From: an uncultured Clostridia bacterium
GTDB lineage: Bacteria > Bacillota > Clostridia > Christensenellales > UBA1242
Length of the DNA stretch: 64,000 bases
Assembly: GCA_944372505.1 (NCBI GenBank)
Contig: CALVZK010000002.1
Coordinates: 44,692 to 108,691, forward strand
Direction of reading: 5' to 3'
Shown: one piece after another, positions 7,042 to 15,831 of the stretch
Numbering within the stretch: position 1 is the first letter of the stretch
How the letters are laid out: each line of letters opens with the position of its first letter
Made by a program: the position numbers and the translations under genes
The notes under the pieces: model-generated
Database searches by the model: none
Told to the model about the DNA's origin: nothing
What the model saw: the letters and a program-made list of their open reading frames with translations, nothing else

Positions 7042-7853
7042 TTTAAATCATTTTCGTCAAATTCAAAATAATCGCCATGTCTTTTTCTTTTTGATATTTT
7101 TGGTTTTTCGTTCAAAACTTTTTCTTTCATAAAAGAAGGTTTCATTAAAAGATAAAAGACTATTAAACATGGAAGGGTTACGCCTATTATAATAAATGTC
7201 ATTGCTACTGGTGACAAACTTGAGGGTATAGCTGATGGCGAAGTAAACGTTGGATTTGTTATTATCTCAAATGTTTCATAATTTGTTACTATTTCTGGAA
7301 GTAATAAATCGCAAAATACTGAAGACACATAACCATATATATCTTTTTCATCTGTATATTTACAATAATACCATATGTTAGACTTCTCTGGAACATATTC
7401 TCCGCCAGTTATCTCTCCATAAAATGTTATATTTTCAGTCAAGTATGGAATTGTTGTGATTTTATATTCATTTACGAATTTTGGATAATGATATATTCCT
7501 AACCCATCTGTTGAGTATACTCTAAATGAAGCTTCTGGAAATGGTTTTATTGGTGTACCATTCATGGCATTTACTTCATTTATTTTTACATATCCTTCTA
7601 AATCTTGATATTTTGCAGAATAAAATTCATCATCAATTTTATCTGTTAATATTACAAAATATGTTTTAGGAATTTCAAAAAGTTTATATTCATCTTGACT
7701 ATAGGGCAAAGAATAAAAATAAACATCATCTTGCTGTATTTTAGCATAATAAGTTTCTTTTGCTAAACTTGAAAAATTGTCATTAACACTTGCAAGAGAT
7801 ATTGCTGTAATAAATAATAATACCAACATGATTAATATTTTTAAATTTTTCAT
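7038..7853 (-). CDS. Exported, C-terminally membrane-anchored protein with two SH3b-like repeats
   Basis: Signal peptide MKNLKILIMLVLLFITAISLA. Two similar ~65-aa segments (..YFYSLP...EIPKTYFV...YSAKYQDLEGYV..; ..GIYHYP....IPYLT...WYYCKY...YGYV). TM segment MTFIIIGVTLPCLIVFYLLM. Confidence 0.4.
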   Translation of the reverse strand: MKNLKILIMLVLLFITAISLASVNDNFSSLAKETYYAKIQQDDVYFYSLPYSQDEYKLFEIPKTYFVILTDKIDDEFYSAKYQDLEGYVKINEVNAMNGTPIKPFPEASFRVYSTDGLGIYHYPKFVNEYKITTIPYLTENITFYGEITGGEYVPEKSNIWYYCKYTDEKDIYGYVSSVFCDLLLPEIVTNYETFEIITNPTFTSPSAIPSSLSPVAMTFIIIGVTLPCLIVFYLLMKPSFMKEKVLNEKPKISKRKRHGDYFEFDENDLN

Positions 7854-7938
7854 GTCTTCATTTTAAAATATAAAAATTTTTATGGTTAAAATTAAATTGT
7901 CGTAATTAGATTATTTAGGAGTTTTTTTAGCGAAAGTT

Positions 7939-9375
7939 ATGGAAGATATTACATATAAGTTAAATTTAGTAGAGAATGAAATTAAAAAAAGAAATGAAAA
8001 TGATTTTTTATCAAAGTACAATGTTGGCGACTTAATCCATAAAAAACAAATGGATTTTCATAGGTGTAACAAGAAAAATCGTTGGGTTTTTGGTGGAAAT
8101 AGAACAGGTAAAACTGAATGTGGAGCAGTCGAAACTGTTTGGCTTGCTAGAGGTATACATCCTTTTAAAAAAAATAAACCTATAAATTGTTGGGTTGTTT
8201 CCTTATCAAGACAAGTGCAACGAGACGTTGCTCAAAATAAAATTTTACATTATTTAAGAAAAGATTGGATAAAACAAATAGTTATGACCAGTGGCAGAGC
8301 GGATAGTGCTGAAGAGGGAATAATTGATTTTATTTTAGTAAAAAATGTTTTTGGAAGTATAAGTAAAATTGGTTTTAAAAGTTGTGACCAAGGGCGAGAA
8401 AAGTTTCAAGGTACGTCTTTGGATTTTGTTTGGTTTGATGAAGAGCCTCCTTATGATATTTACCAAGAGTGTCGTATGCGTGTGCTTGATAAAAAAGGAA
8501 TTATTTTTGGAACAATGACACCTTTGAAAGGATTAAGTTGGGTTTATAATGATATTTTTTTAAATAAAAATAGAGATAAAGAAATTTGGTATGAGCAAAT
8601 GGAATGGGCTGATAATCCTTTTTTAGATAAAGATGAAATTGAAGCAATGACAAAATCACTTTCTAACGAAGAATTAGAATCTAGAAGATATGGAAATTTT
8701 ATTGATAGCGGGGGGCTAGTTTATAGCGAATTCGACATTAATATTCATGTCATTGATCCTTTTGATGTTCCAAAAGAGTGGCAAGATATAATATCTATTG
8801 ATCCTGGCTTAAATAATCCTCTTTCTGCTCATTGGTATTGTCAAGATTATGATGGAAATATTTATGTAATTGCAGAGCATTTTGAAAAAGGTAAAGATGT
8901 TGCTTATCATGCTAAAAAGATAAAAGAAATATCGTCTATGCTTGACTGGCATTATACAAATGGGAAAATTGTTGCTCTTATAGATAGTGCAGCTTCTCAG
9001 CGTACTTTAGCAAGTAGCAAAAGTGTAGTAGAACTTTTTTATGATAATGATATCATAGTTAATCCAAAAGTTAATAAAGATATGTTTTCTGGGATTAATG
9101 TTGTTAAAAGATTTTTAAAAGATGGAGAAGGAAAACCTCACTTATTTATTTTTAAAAATTGCGTTAATTTAATTGAAGAATTTAAGTCTTATTGGTGGGG
9201 CGATGGAGATTTACCTATAAAAAAAGATGACCATTGTTTAGATGAAATGAGATATTACTTAATGACTAAGACACTTCCATTGATTTCATGTAAAACAAAA
9301 AAATCTGAAATTCAATTAGATAAAGAAAAATTAATAAAAAAATTAAATGATAGAAGAAGGAGATTTTATCCTTAA
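7939..9375 (+). CDS. terL: Phage terminase large subunit (orphan)
   Basis: Walker A FGGNRTGKTE, Walker B LDFVWFDEEPP, ADNPFL, nuclease-domain motifs ISIDPG, LIDSAA, DDHCLDEMRYY. Confidence 0.85.
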   Translation: MEDITYKLNLVENEIKKRNENDFLSKYNVGDLIHKKQMDFHRCNKKNRWVFGGNRTGKTECGAVETVWLARGIHPFKKNKPINCWVVSLSRQVQRDVAQNKILHYLRKDWIKQIVMTSGRADSAEEGIIDFILVKNVFGSISKIGFKSCDQGREKFQGTSLDFVWFDEEPPYDIYQECRMRVLDKKGIIFGTMTPLKGLSWVYNDIFLNKNRDKEIWYEQMEWADNPFLDKDEIEAMTKSLSNEELESRRYGNFIDSGGLVYSEFDINIHVIDPFDVPKEWQDIISIDPGLNNPLSAHWYCQDYDGNIYVIAEHFEKGKDVAYHAKKIKEISSMLDWHYTNGKIVALIDSAASQRTLASSKSVVELFYDNDIIVNPKVNKDMFSGINVVKRFLKDGEGKPHLFIFKNCVNLIEEFKSYWWGDGDLPIKKDDHCLDEMRYYLMTKTLPLISCKTKKSEIQLDKEKLIKKLNDRRRRFYP

Positions 9376-9475
9376 AATAAAATATTTTGCAAATTATTTG
9401 GAAAAATAATATTTATATGTTAAATTTAATATATAGTAAAATTTAATTTAAAATTTCTTAATTTTAAGGAGAGAA

Positions 9476-11761
9476 ATGAAGAAAATTATCTTTTCGATTT
9501 TAGCAATTGTTTTATTGTTTGGAGTTGGTATTACGACATCTGACTTTATATCTTTTGCTGAAGATGAATCTCAAGAACAAGTTATAAATGTTTATGATAC
9601 AGATGAATTTATTAGTATTTTTTCTAATGAAATGTATGAAAGTGAAAATTTAATTATAAAATTAAAAGAGGATTTAGATTTTTCCGGAATTGACTTATCT
9701 GACATATATAAGTCAAATAAAGTTTTTAAAGGGCAATTTGATGGTAATGGCCATATTATTTCTAATCTGACATTAACTTCGCAAAATAACTATTATGGGC
9801 TCATTCCACGTGCTAACGGAGCTGTAATTAAAGATTTAAAAGTCTGTGGAAATATTAATTTTCAATTGCAAGAAAATAATCAACAAAAATACATAGGTGT
9901 TTTAGTTGGTCAAGGAGAAAATGTAAAAATATACAATTGTGAATTTGATAATGTGAGTTTAGACGGACAAAATGTTGATAATATTAATTTAAATATTACT
10001 TCAAATATTGTTTTTGGTGGTATCATTGGTAGCGTAAAGTCTTCTATTTCTTCTTCAACACAACAAAGCATAATTAGTGATTGCGTCTTTTATTATGATT
10101 TGAATTTTAATTTTAAATATGATACTTTGGCTTATTTAGGAGGATTAGTAGGCGAACTACAAGCAGGAAGTAAAATTAAAAATTGTCTCAATTTTGGGGA
10201 TATTACTATAAATGAAGAAAATTCTTTAGTCTCTGTTTATAATTCTCAATTTGTAGGTGGTATTATAGGGGATGCTGTCTCTGCAAATTGTGTTAATAAT
10301 TGTTTTGCTGGTATCATAACAATTAATATTAATGTTCTTTCAAATTTATCTTTTGGGGCTATAATAGGGAATTTATCAAATACAAATTCATATTTATCTA
10401 GTTGTTATTGGACTCAAAGCGATTTAGCGGGGATTGGACAAGGAGAAAATGTAAATGATAATTTTAAATTAGTAAATGCTATTAATTCAGAATTTTTAAC
10501 AAACTATAATAATTTTGATATTATCGAATTGTCCTTTGATTTTGATACCATTTGGTGTTTAAGAAATAGTAAAATTTGTCTTCAAAGATTTCAATCTTTT
10601 AATTACTCAATAAATAAAATATTAGATAATGCAGGTATATTAAAGTCAGCAATTATTAAAACTAGTGAAGATGATGAAGGACAATTGAATAGTACGGTAA
10701 ATTATGGGGCTCCTTTAATAATCAGAATTGAATATAATGATCAATATATTGGATATTATACACTAGGCACAATTTATCTTCAAGGAGAAAGTTTAAATAA
10801 ATCTTATTATTCTTATCAACCTATTTTAGATGAAAAAAACAATGTTAAGGGTTATGATATTTATCTAACAGTTAATGATGTAACAGATGGAACATATAGT
10901 TTCTCTTTAGTGGCATCAAGTTATAAATGTTTAGTAAAAATATCTGACGAGGCTAAATTAAATTCACAGGGTGGAGTTAGTGCAGGTAGTAATTATATTG
11001 AATCTTTGAATATTGATTTCACTTATCAAACAAGAACTCAAGTTATTTCTGCCCAAGGAAATGGAATTTATACTTTTTCTTATTGGGAATTGTATTACAA
11101 GGCAGAAGATGATGCAGAAGGAGAGTATACAATATTAAATGAAGATTTTGAAGATGCTAATAGTAGTTCTTTATCTATAAGTTTTGGAGTGTCTCCTTAT
11201 AATCGAGAATTTATGTTAATAGCATATTTCTCTAGTGAAAATGCTATACTTGTTGATTTTACAAATTATCAAAATGAGGGAATTAAGAGTATTTCTCTTA
11301 ATGATAAAGTTTATGAAGGACAATCAATTGCAGTTTCAAATACTGATACAACTGTAAGAATTAAATTAATAACTAATTCATATTATTTGTTAAATGTGGA
11401 ACTATTTTTGCAAAGTGTTGCTGACCTTTATGGACAAAACATTGAAGATTTAGGTATTGTTCAAACTTCAGATCCTATAACAGACGAATTAACTCATGAA
11501 ACAACCTATAACTTTAGATTGAATATGAATACAATAAAAAATATAGAAGATAATCTTTTATCTATTTCTTTTGTGGTAGAAAAAGACAACACGCAATATA
11601 ATCAAAAAATGCTTTTTGTCTATATATTTGTTCCTATCGGTGTAGCAATAGTACTTGGGGTTGGCATTTATTTAATTATCAAATTTACTCGTGGCGGGAA
11701 AAAATCGTCTGCAAGAAAGGAAAAGAAAAAAGAAGATAATTACAAAGATTTTTATATTTAA
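9476..11761 (+). CDS. Large surface protein with GLUG-like repeats and C-terminal membrane anchor
   Basis: Signal peptide. FKGQFDGNGHIISNL followed by repeated G-[GL]-[IL]-[IV]-G segments (YIGVLVGQ, FGGIIGS, YLGGLVGE, FVGGIIGD, FGAIIGN). C-terminal TM plus basic tail. Confidence 0.55.
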   Translation: MKKIIFSILAIVLLFGVGITTSDFISFAEDESQEQVINVYDTDEFISIFSNEMYESENLIIKLKEDLDFSGIDLSDIYKSNKVFKGQFDGNGHIISNLTLTSQNNYYGLIPRANGAVIKDLKVCGNINFQLQENNQQKYIGVLVGQGENVKIYNCEFDNVSLDGQNVDNINLNITSNIVFGGIIGSVKSSISSSTQQSIISDCVFYYDLNFNFKYDTLAYLGGLVGELQAGSKIKNCLNFGDITINEENSLVSVYNSQFVGGIIGDAVSANCVNNCFAGIITININVLSNLSFGAIIGNLSNTNSYLSSCYWTQSDLAGIGQGENVNDNFKLVNAINSEFLTNYNNFDIIELSFDFDTIWCLRNSKICLQRFQSFNYSINKILDNAGILKSAIIKTSEDDEGQLNSTVNYGAPLIIRIEYNDQYIGYYTLGTIYLQGESLNKSYYSYQPILDEKNNVKGYDIYLTVNDVTDGTYSFSLVASSYKCLVKISDEAKLNSQGGVSAGSNYIESLNIDFTYQTRTQVISAQGNGIYTFSYWELYYKAEDDAEGEYTILNEDFEDANSSSLSISFGVSPYNREFMLIAYFSSENAILVDFTNYQNEGIKSISLNDKVYEGQSIAVSNTDTTVRIKLITNSYYLLNVELFLQSVADLYGQNIEDLGIVQTSDPITDELTHETTYNFRLNMNTIKNIEDNLLSISFVVEKDNTQYNQKMLFVYIFVPIGVAIVLGVGIYLIIKFTRGGKKSSARKEKKKEDNYKDFYI

Positions 11762-11896
11762 ATTGTTATAAAACAAAGTTCCTAATAAAATTGTCAAAAT
11801 GTTATCTATAGGGAGGAGCATACAATAAAAAATAACATTAATGAAAAGAAAAATCGTGTTAGAGCAATAATATTTTACAATGATAATATTATTTCT

Positions 11897-12295
11897 ATGT
11901 ACCGCGAAAGACAAGGGAGAATTTTTTACACTTTTCCTGGTGGAGGAATTGAAGAAGGGGAAACTGAAGAAGAGTGTATTAAAAGAGAAGTTTTTGAAGA
12001 GTTTGGAATTATTGTTGAACCTATCAAGAAAATATATAAATATGAAAATAATAACAATATTGAATACTTTTATTTAGCGAAATGGATTTCTGGAGAATTT
12101 GGCACTGGCAAAGGTGAAGAGTTTAAACAAAACCAAACGAATGGAACTTATATTCCTAAATTTATAAAGATTTCTGATATTCCGACTCTTCCACTTATGC
12201 CTCCAGAAGTAGCGTTGGCTTTTTATAATGACTATTTAAAAAAAGGGAAAAATATTAGAAATAATGTAAAATTTATTTTAGGAGAAATTAAATAA
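11897..12295 (+). CDS. NUDIX hydrolase (true start probably upstream, non-AUG)
   Basis: Nudix box GGGIEEGETEEECIKREVFEEFG. The frame is open from 11789, and upstream in frame it reads RVRAIIFYNDNIIS, a typical Nudix N-terminal strand, behind a GGGAGGAG RBS at 11811-11818. Confidence 0.8.
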   Translation: MYRERQGRIFYTFPGGGIEEGETEEECIKREVFEEFGIIVEPIKKIYKYENNNNIEYFYLAKWISGEFGTGKGEEFKQNQTNGTYIPKFIKISDIPTLPLMPPEVALAFYNDYLKKGKNIRNNVKFILGEIK

Positions 12296-12377
12296 AAAAC
12301 ACTTAATTAAATCTATAATAAAGTGTTTTTTTATTTGTTATTTCAAACGTGACTACTGCAAAACGATATAGTTGACA

Positions 12378-13406
12378 TTATTTTTCTAAACTTAAGGCAA
12401 CTTTTTCTGCTATTGTATTATTTACAATTGCACTGTATTGAGGATTGTATTGTGCCTCTTCTGTAGTAGAATTTATTATTTCTAGCATTTTATTAAAGGA
12501 TTGTTCAGTCATAACAGGACTTGAACACCAAGCATCTATTCTTACATATTGTTCGACAGCAATTGCGAGTTCTTCATTAGTCATTCCGGAAAATGAAGGG
12601 GCAAGTGCCTTTGCAGCATCTTCAAGAGAACTATCTCGAAGATAAATATATCCTCTTACCACTGCTCTTAAAAATTTTTCTGCATTATCTGCATGTTTAT
12701 CTAAATAGCTCTGCTTTGTAGCAAAACAAGTATAAGGTAAATATCCTGAAAAATCTCCTACTGCATTTAAGACATATCCATTTCCTTCTTTCTCAAGGTT
12801 TGTTGCTGTAGGTTCAAATAAAGTACAGAATTCATTATTACTAGTTACAAATTCACTACCAATCATAGCAAAAGATACATCTGTTCGTAAATTGACTTGA
12901 CCAATAGCCGTATTTGTTCCTATTGTAAGTCCTGCCTGTTCTATGATGTACTGAAGTGTCATTGCTGGCATTCCACCTTTTCTTCCACCAATAATTGTCT
13001 TTCCTTTTAACATATCTAATGTAAAGTTTTCTATATTTTCTTTAGAAACAAAGAATGAGCCATCTTTTTGCGTTAATTGTCCAAATATAACAGGACTATC
13101 TTTAGAACCTTGCGAGTAAACTACAGTTTCTGGACCTACTAACACTATATCTGCGCTACCACTTAAAAGAGCCGTCATTGAAGCATCCGAACCTGTTGCG
13201 CTTTCGATTGTTACATCTAATCCTTCATCTTCAAAATAGCCTAGATTATAAGCAGCATATAAAGGAGCATAGAAAATACTATGTGTAACTTCATTCAATC
13301 TTATTTTATTACTTGAATCACCAGAACAAGCTAATAAAACAAAACTACTGCAAAGACATATTAAGAGACAAAGAGTAAAAATTGAAAATTTTTTTATGTG
13401 TTGCAT
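12378..13406 (-). CDS. ABC transporter substrate-binding lipoprotein, NMT1/THI5 (sulfonate/nitrate/HMP) type
   Basis: Lipobox LLACSG. IRLNEVTHSIFYAPLYAA...GYFEDEGLDV pattern. Confidence 0.7.
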   Translation of the reverse strand: MQHIKKFSIFTLCLLICLCSSFVLLACSGDSSNKIRLNEVTHSIFYAPLYAAYNLGYFEDEGLDVTIESATGSDASMTALLSGSADIVLVGPETVVYSQGSKDSPVIFGQLTQKDGSFFVSKENIENFTLDMLKGKTIIGGRKGGMPAMTLQYIIEQAGLTIGTNTAIGQVNLRTDVSFAMIGSEFVTSNNEFCTLFEPTATNLEKEGNGYVLNAVGDFSGYLPYTCFATKQSYLDKHADNAEKFLRAVVRGYIYLRDSSLEDAAKALAPSFSGMTNEELAIAVEQYVRIDAWCSSPVMTEQSFNKMLEIINSTTEEAQYNPQYSAIVNNTIAEKVALSLEK

Positions 13407-13584
13407 TTTTCCTCCTACAAAAACTAATTTATGTTATTTCTTCTTTCGTTGTGATAAAATAATTTAAATGAATTTAATCTCATTTTCAATTAAATTTGAT
13501 AAATAAAATATTTTAAATTAAATTTATATTATTTTCAAATAAAATTAATTTGGAAAGCTTGTTTAATTCTGTTATAATATTTTT

Positions 13585-14127
13585 ATGAGAGTTACCGCAG
13601 GTATATTTAAAGGAAGAAAACTGATTGACAATAAATTTGAGCATATTAGACCAACTGCTGATATTGTAAAACAGGCAATTTTTAATAAAATTTCATCAAA
13701 AGTATTTTCATCAAAATTTTTAGATCTTTTTTGTGGTACGGGTGCTATTGGTATAGAAGCAATTAGTCGGGGAGCAAGGGAAGTCGTATTTGCAGATAAA
13801 GATTATAGAAGTGTTAATTTAACAAAAAATAATTTAAAAAACCTAAATATTGAAGCACAGGTTTTAAATCTTGATTTTAAAAAGTGTTTATCCTTTTTAA
13901 AAGGACAAAAGTTTGATATTATTTTTATAGATCCCCCATATAAAAGCGGTGTTTATGAAAGTGTCTTAAACATGATTTTTGATTTTAATTTACTTAATGA
14001 TGATGGAATTATTATTTGTGAGCAAGAAAAATCTTATAATATTGTTCAAAATTATTTTGATTTAGTAGATGAAAAATATTATGGGATAAAAAAAATTTCA
14101 TATTTTGTGAAACAAAAATTATCTTAA
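13585..14127 (+). CDS. rsmD: 16S rRNA (guanine966-N2)-methyltransferase
   Basis: MRVTAGIFKGRKL, DLFCGTGAIGIEAISRGA, FIDPPY. Confidence 0.85.
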   Translation: MRVTAGIFKGRKLIDNKFEHIRPTADIVKQAIFNKISSKVFSSKFLDLFCGTGAIGIEAISRGAREVVFADKDYRSVNLTKNNLKNLNIEAQVLNLDFKKCLSFLKGQKFDIIFIDPPYKSGVYESVLNMIFDFNLLNDDGIIICEQEKSYNIVQNYFDLVDEKYYGIKKISYFVKQKLS

Positions 14128-14141
14128 CTAGGAGAAAGATT

Positions 14142-14735
14142 GTGAGATTAGGTATTGATTTAGATGACTGCGTTGTAAATACTTTTGAAGTTGATTTAGC
14201 GACTTGTTATCTTTTTAGCAAAGAAAAAGGTTTATTAAAGAAATCTTTTTACAAACCAAATTCATCGCATGCACCCAAAACTTTTAATATGAATTCAAAA
14301 GACGATAATGAATTTTTTGCTATTCAAAGAAAAAAAGTGATAGAGCAAGATTTGCTCAAACCGAAATTTTTGGCAAAGAATATTATAAATAAATTATTTG
14401 AAGAAAATTATGAAATATACTTTTTAACTGGTCGTCAAGATAAATATTGGGGAGATGCTTCTAAAGAAAGTGCAAAATGGCTTAAAAAAAATGGATTTAA
14501 GTACAATAAAATAATTGCAAATTGTTATGATAAAGGTCAATTATGTTTAAACAATAATATTGACATTTTAATTGATGATAATGTTAATTACATTAGTCAG
14601 GCAAATAGCTTTAATATTAAAACTATTACATTTTGGTCATGTTTTAACAAAAATTATAAAGATAATTTGAATAGTTTTGCTTCTTGTTGGCCAGAAGTAT
14701 ATGATAAAATTAAAGTACTGGAAAAGAAAATTTAA
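14142..14735 (+). CDS. HAD-superfamily 5'(3')-nucleotidase-like protein
   Basis: GTG start. GIDLDDCV (DxDx motif) and C-terminal ILIDDN. Confidence 0.45.
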   Translation: MRLGIDLDDCVVNTFEVDLATCYLFSKEKGLLKKSFYKPNSSHAPKTFNMNSKDDNEFFAIQRKKVIEQDLLKPKFLAKNIINKLFEENYEIYFLTGRQDKYWGDASKESAKWLKKNGFKYNKIIANCYDKGQLCLNNNIDILIDDNVNYISQANSFNIKTITFWSCFNKNYKDNLNSFASCWPEVYDKIKVLEKKI

Positions 14736-14773
14736 AAATGAAATAAAAAAACTTTATCATTTGATAAAGTTTT

Positions 14774-15502
14774 CTATATTTTTGGTTCAAAATCTTCAAA
14801 AATTACATTATCGCAATACTTTACTACTTTTAAATATTCTGTTTGACTTCTAACAGTCCATGCCAGTAAAGGTAATTTTTTGTATTTTCTTATAAATCGA
14901 TTTGGTATTTTTTTTGCTTCATAGCTTATGAAATTGGGATGACTTATTTTTTTATTTAATAACATTCTTTTAAGTGCATATTTTTTGAAAAATGAAAGCT
15001 TTTCTTTTTTGAAATAGCCAGCAAGTTGACCTCTTAAAATATTAGGCGCGTGTTTGTAAAAATACTCAAGTACATAAGGATTGAACGATTGTATAGCAAA
15101 TTCTCCCTTATAATCTTTAAGTATTTCTATTACTTTCTTTTCAAGTTCTCCAACCTTATTAGAATTTTTTATTTCTATTAATATTGGTGTTCTACCATTT
15201 ACAAATTTAAGTACCTCTTCAAAAGTTGGAATTTTTTCTTTGCTATCTTTTAACCTTAAAATGTCTAAATCTGACTTGTTTAAAAATTTTATATAACCAT
15301 CATTGTCGGTAAGCCTAGATAAACTTTCATCATGAAAAACTACAACTGTACCATCAGCAATAATTTGAACATCTATTTCAATTGGATATCCGGCATCTAT
15401 TGCATTTTGAAATGCGGGCAAAGAATTTTCAGGACATTCTTTATTGTGTAATCCTCTATGTGCAATCGGCGTTTCGACAAGCCATGAATTAAAAATATCC
15501 AT
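14774..15502 (-). CDS. Glycerophosphodiester phosphodiesterase family protein
   Basis: IAHRGL...ENSLPAFQNAIDAGYPIEIDVQ. Start set to the ATG after an AAAGGTGG RBS. Confidence 0.8.
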   Translation of the reverse strand: MDIFNSWLVETPIAHRGLHNKECPENSLPAFQNAIDAGYPIEIDVQIIADGTVVVFHDESLSRLTDNDGYIKFLNKSDLDILRLKDSKEKIPTFEEVLKFVNGRTPILIEIKNSNKVGELEKKVIEILKDYKGEFAIQSFNPYVLEYFYKHAPNILRGQLAGYFKKEKLSFFKKYALKRMLLNKKISHPNFISYEAKKIPNRFIRKYKKLPLLAWTVRSQTEYLKVVKYCDNVIFEDFEPKI

Positions 15503-15831
15503 TTTTACCACCTTTTAATATAATAATTTATGATATGTTATATTTAGACAAAATACGACAAAATTCTATTATTTCTCTCAAAATAAAAAAACAATTTAAT
15601 TTTTGCTTTTTCATTGTTAATTAATTATAATTCGTATTCTTATTTTCAAATATTATAACATAATTTATAAAAAAAGCAAATTTTTTTCTAAATTAACAAT
15701 TTTTATTTATTTTTTTCATATTTTTCTTTATTATTTACAAAAAAATATCAATTTACACATTTGTATTGATTATAAATATCAAACTTATAAAACATTTGAT
15801 TTATTTTTAAAATTTTTATATAATTTCATTT

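Noticed and set aside
13407-13584. Looked for a TPP or other riboswitch upstream of the NMT1/THI5-type binding protein, and for T-box leaders upstream of metG (4017-4212).
   Set aside because: Both regions are plain AT-rich promoter DNA with no GC-rich conserved cores (no CTGAGA/ACCC TPP core, no T-box AGGGUGG-type sequence or antiterminator).
15512-15831. Considered the 320-nt AT-rich intergenic region before lepA, and other long AT-rich spacers, as a possible replication origin.
   Set aside because: I found no DnaA-box (TTATCCACA) clusters. The partial matches elsewhere (TTATCCATT at ~52963, AGTGGATAT at ~35085) are isolated.
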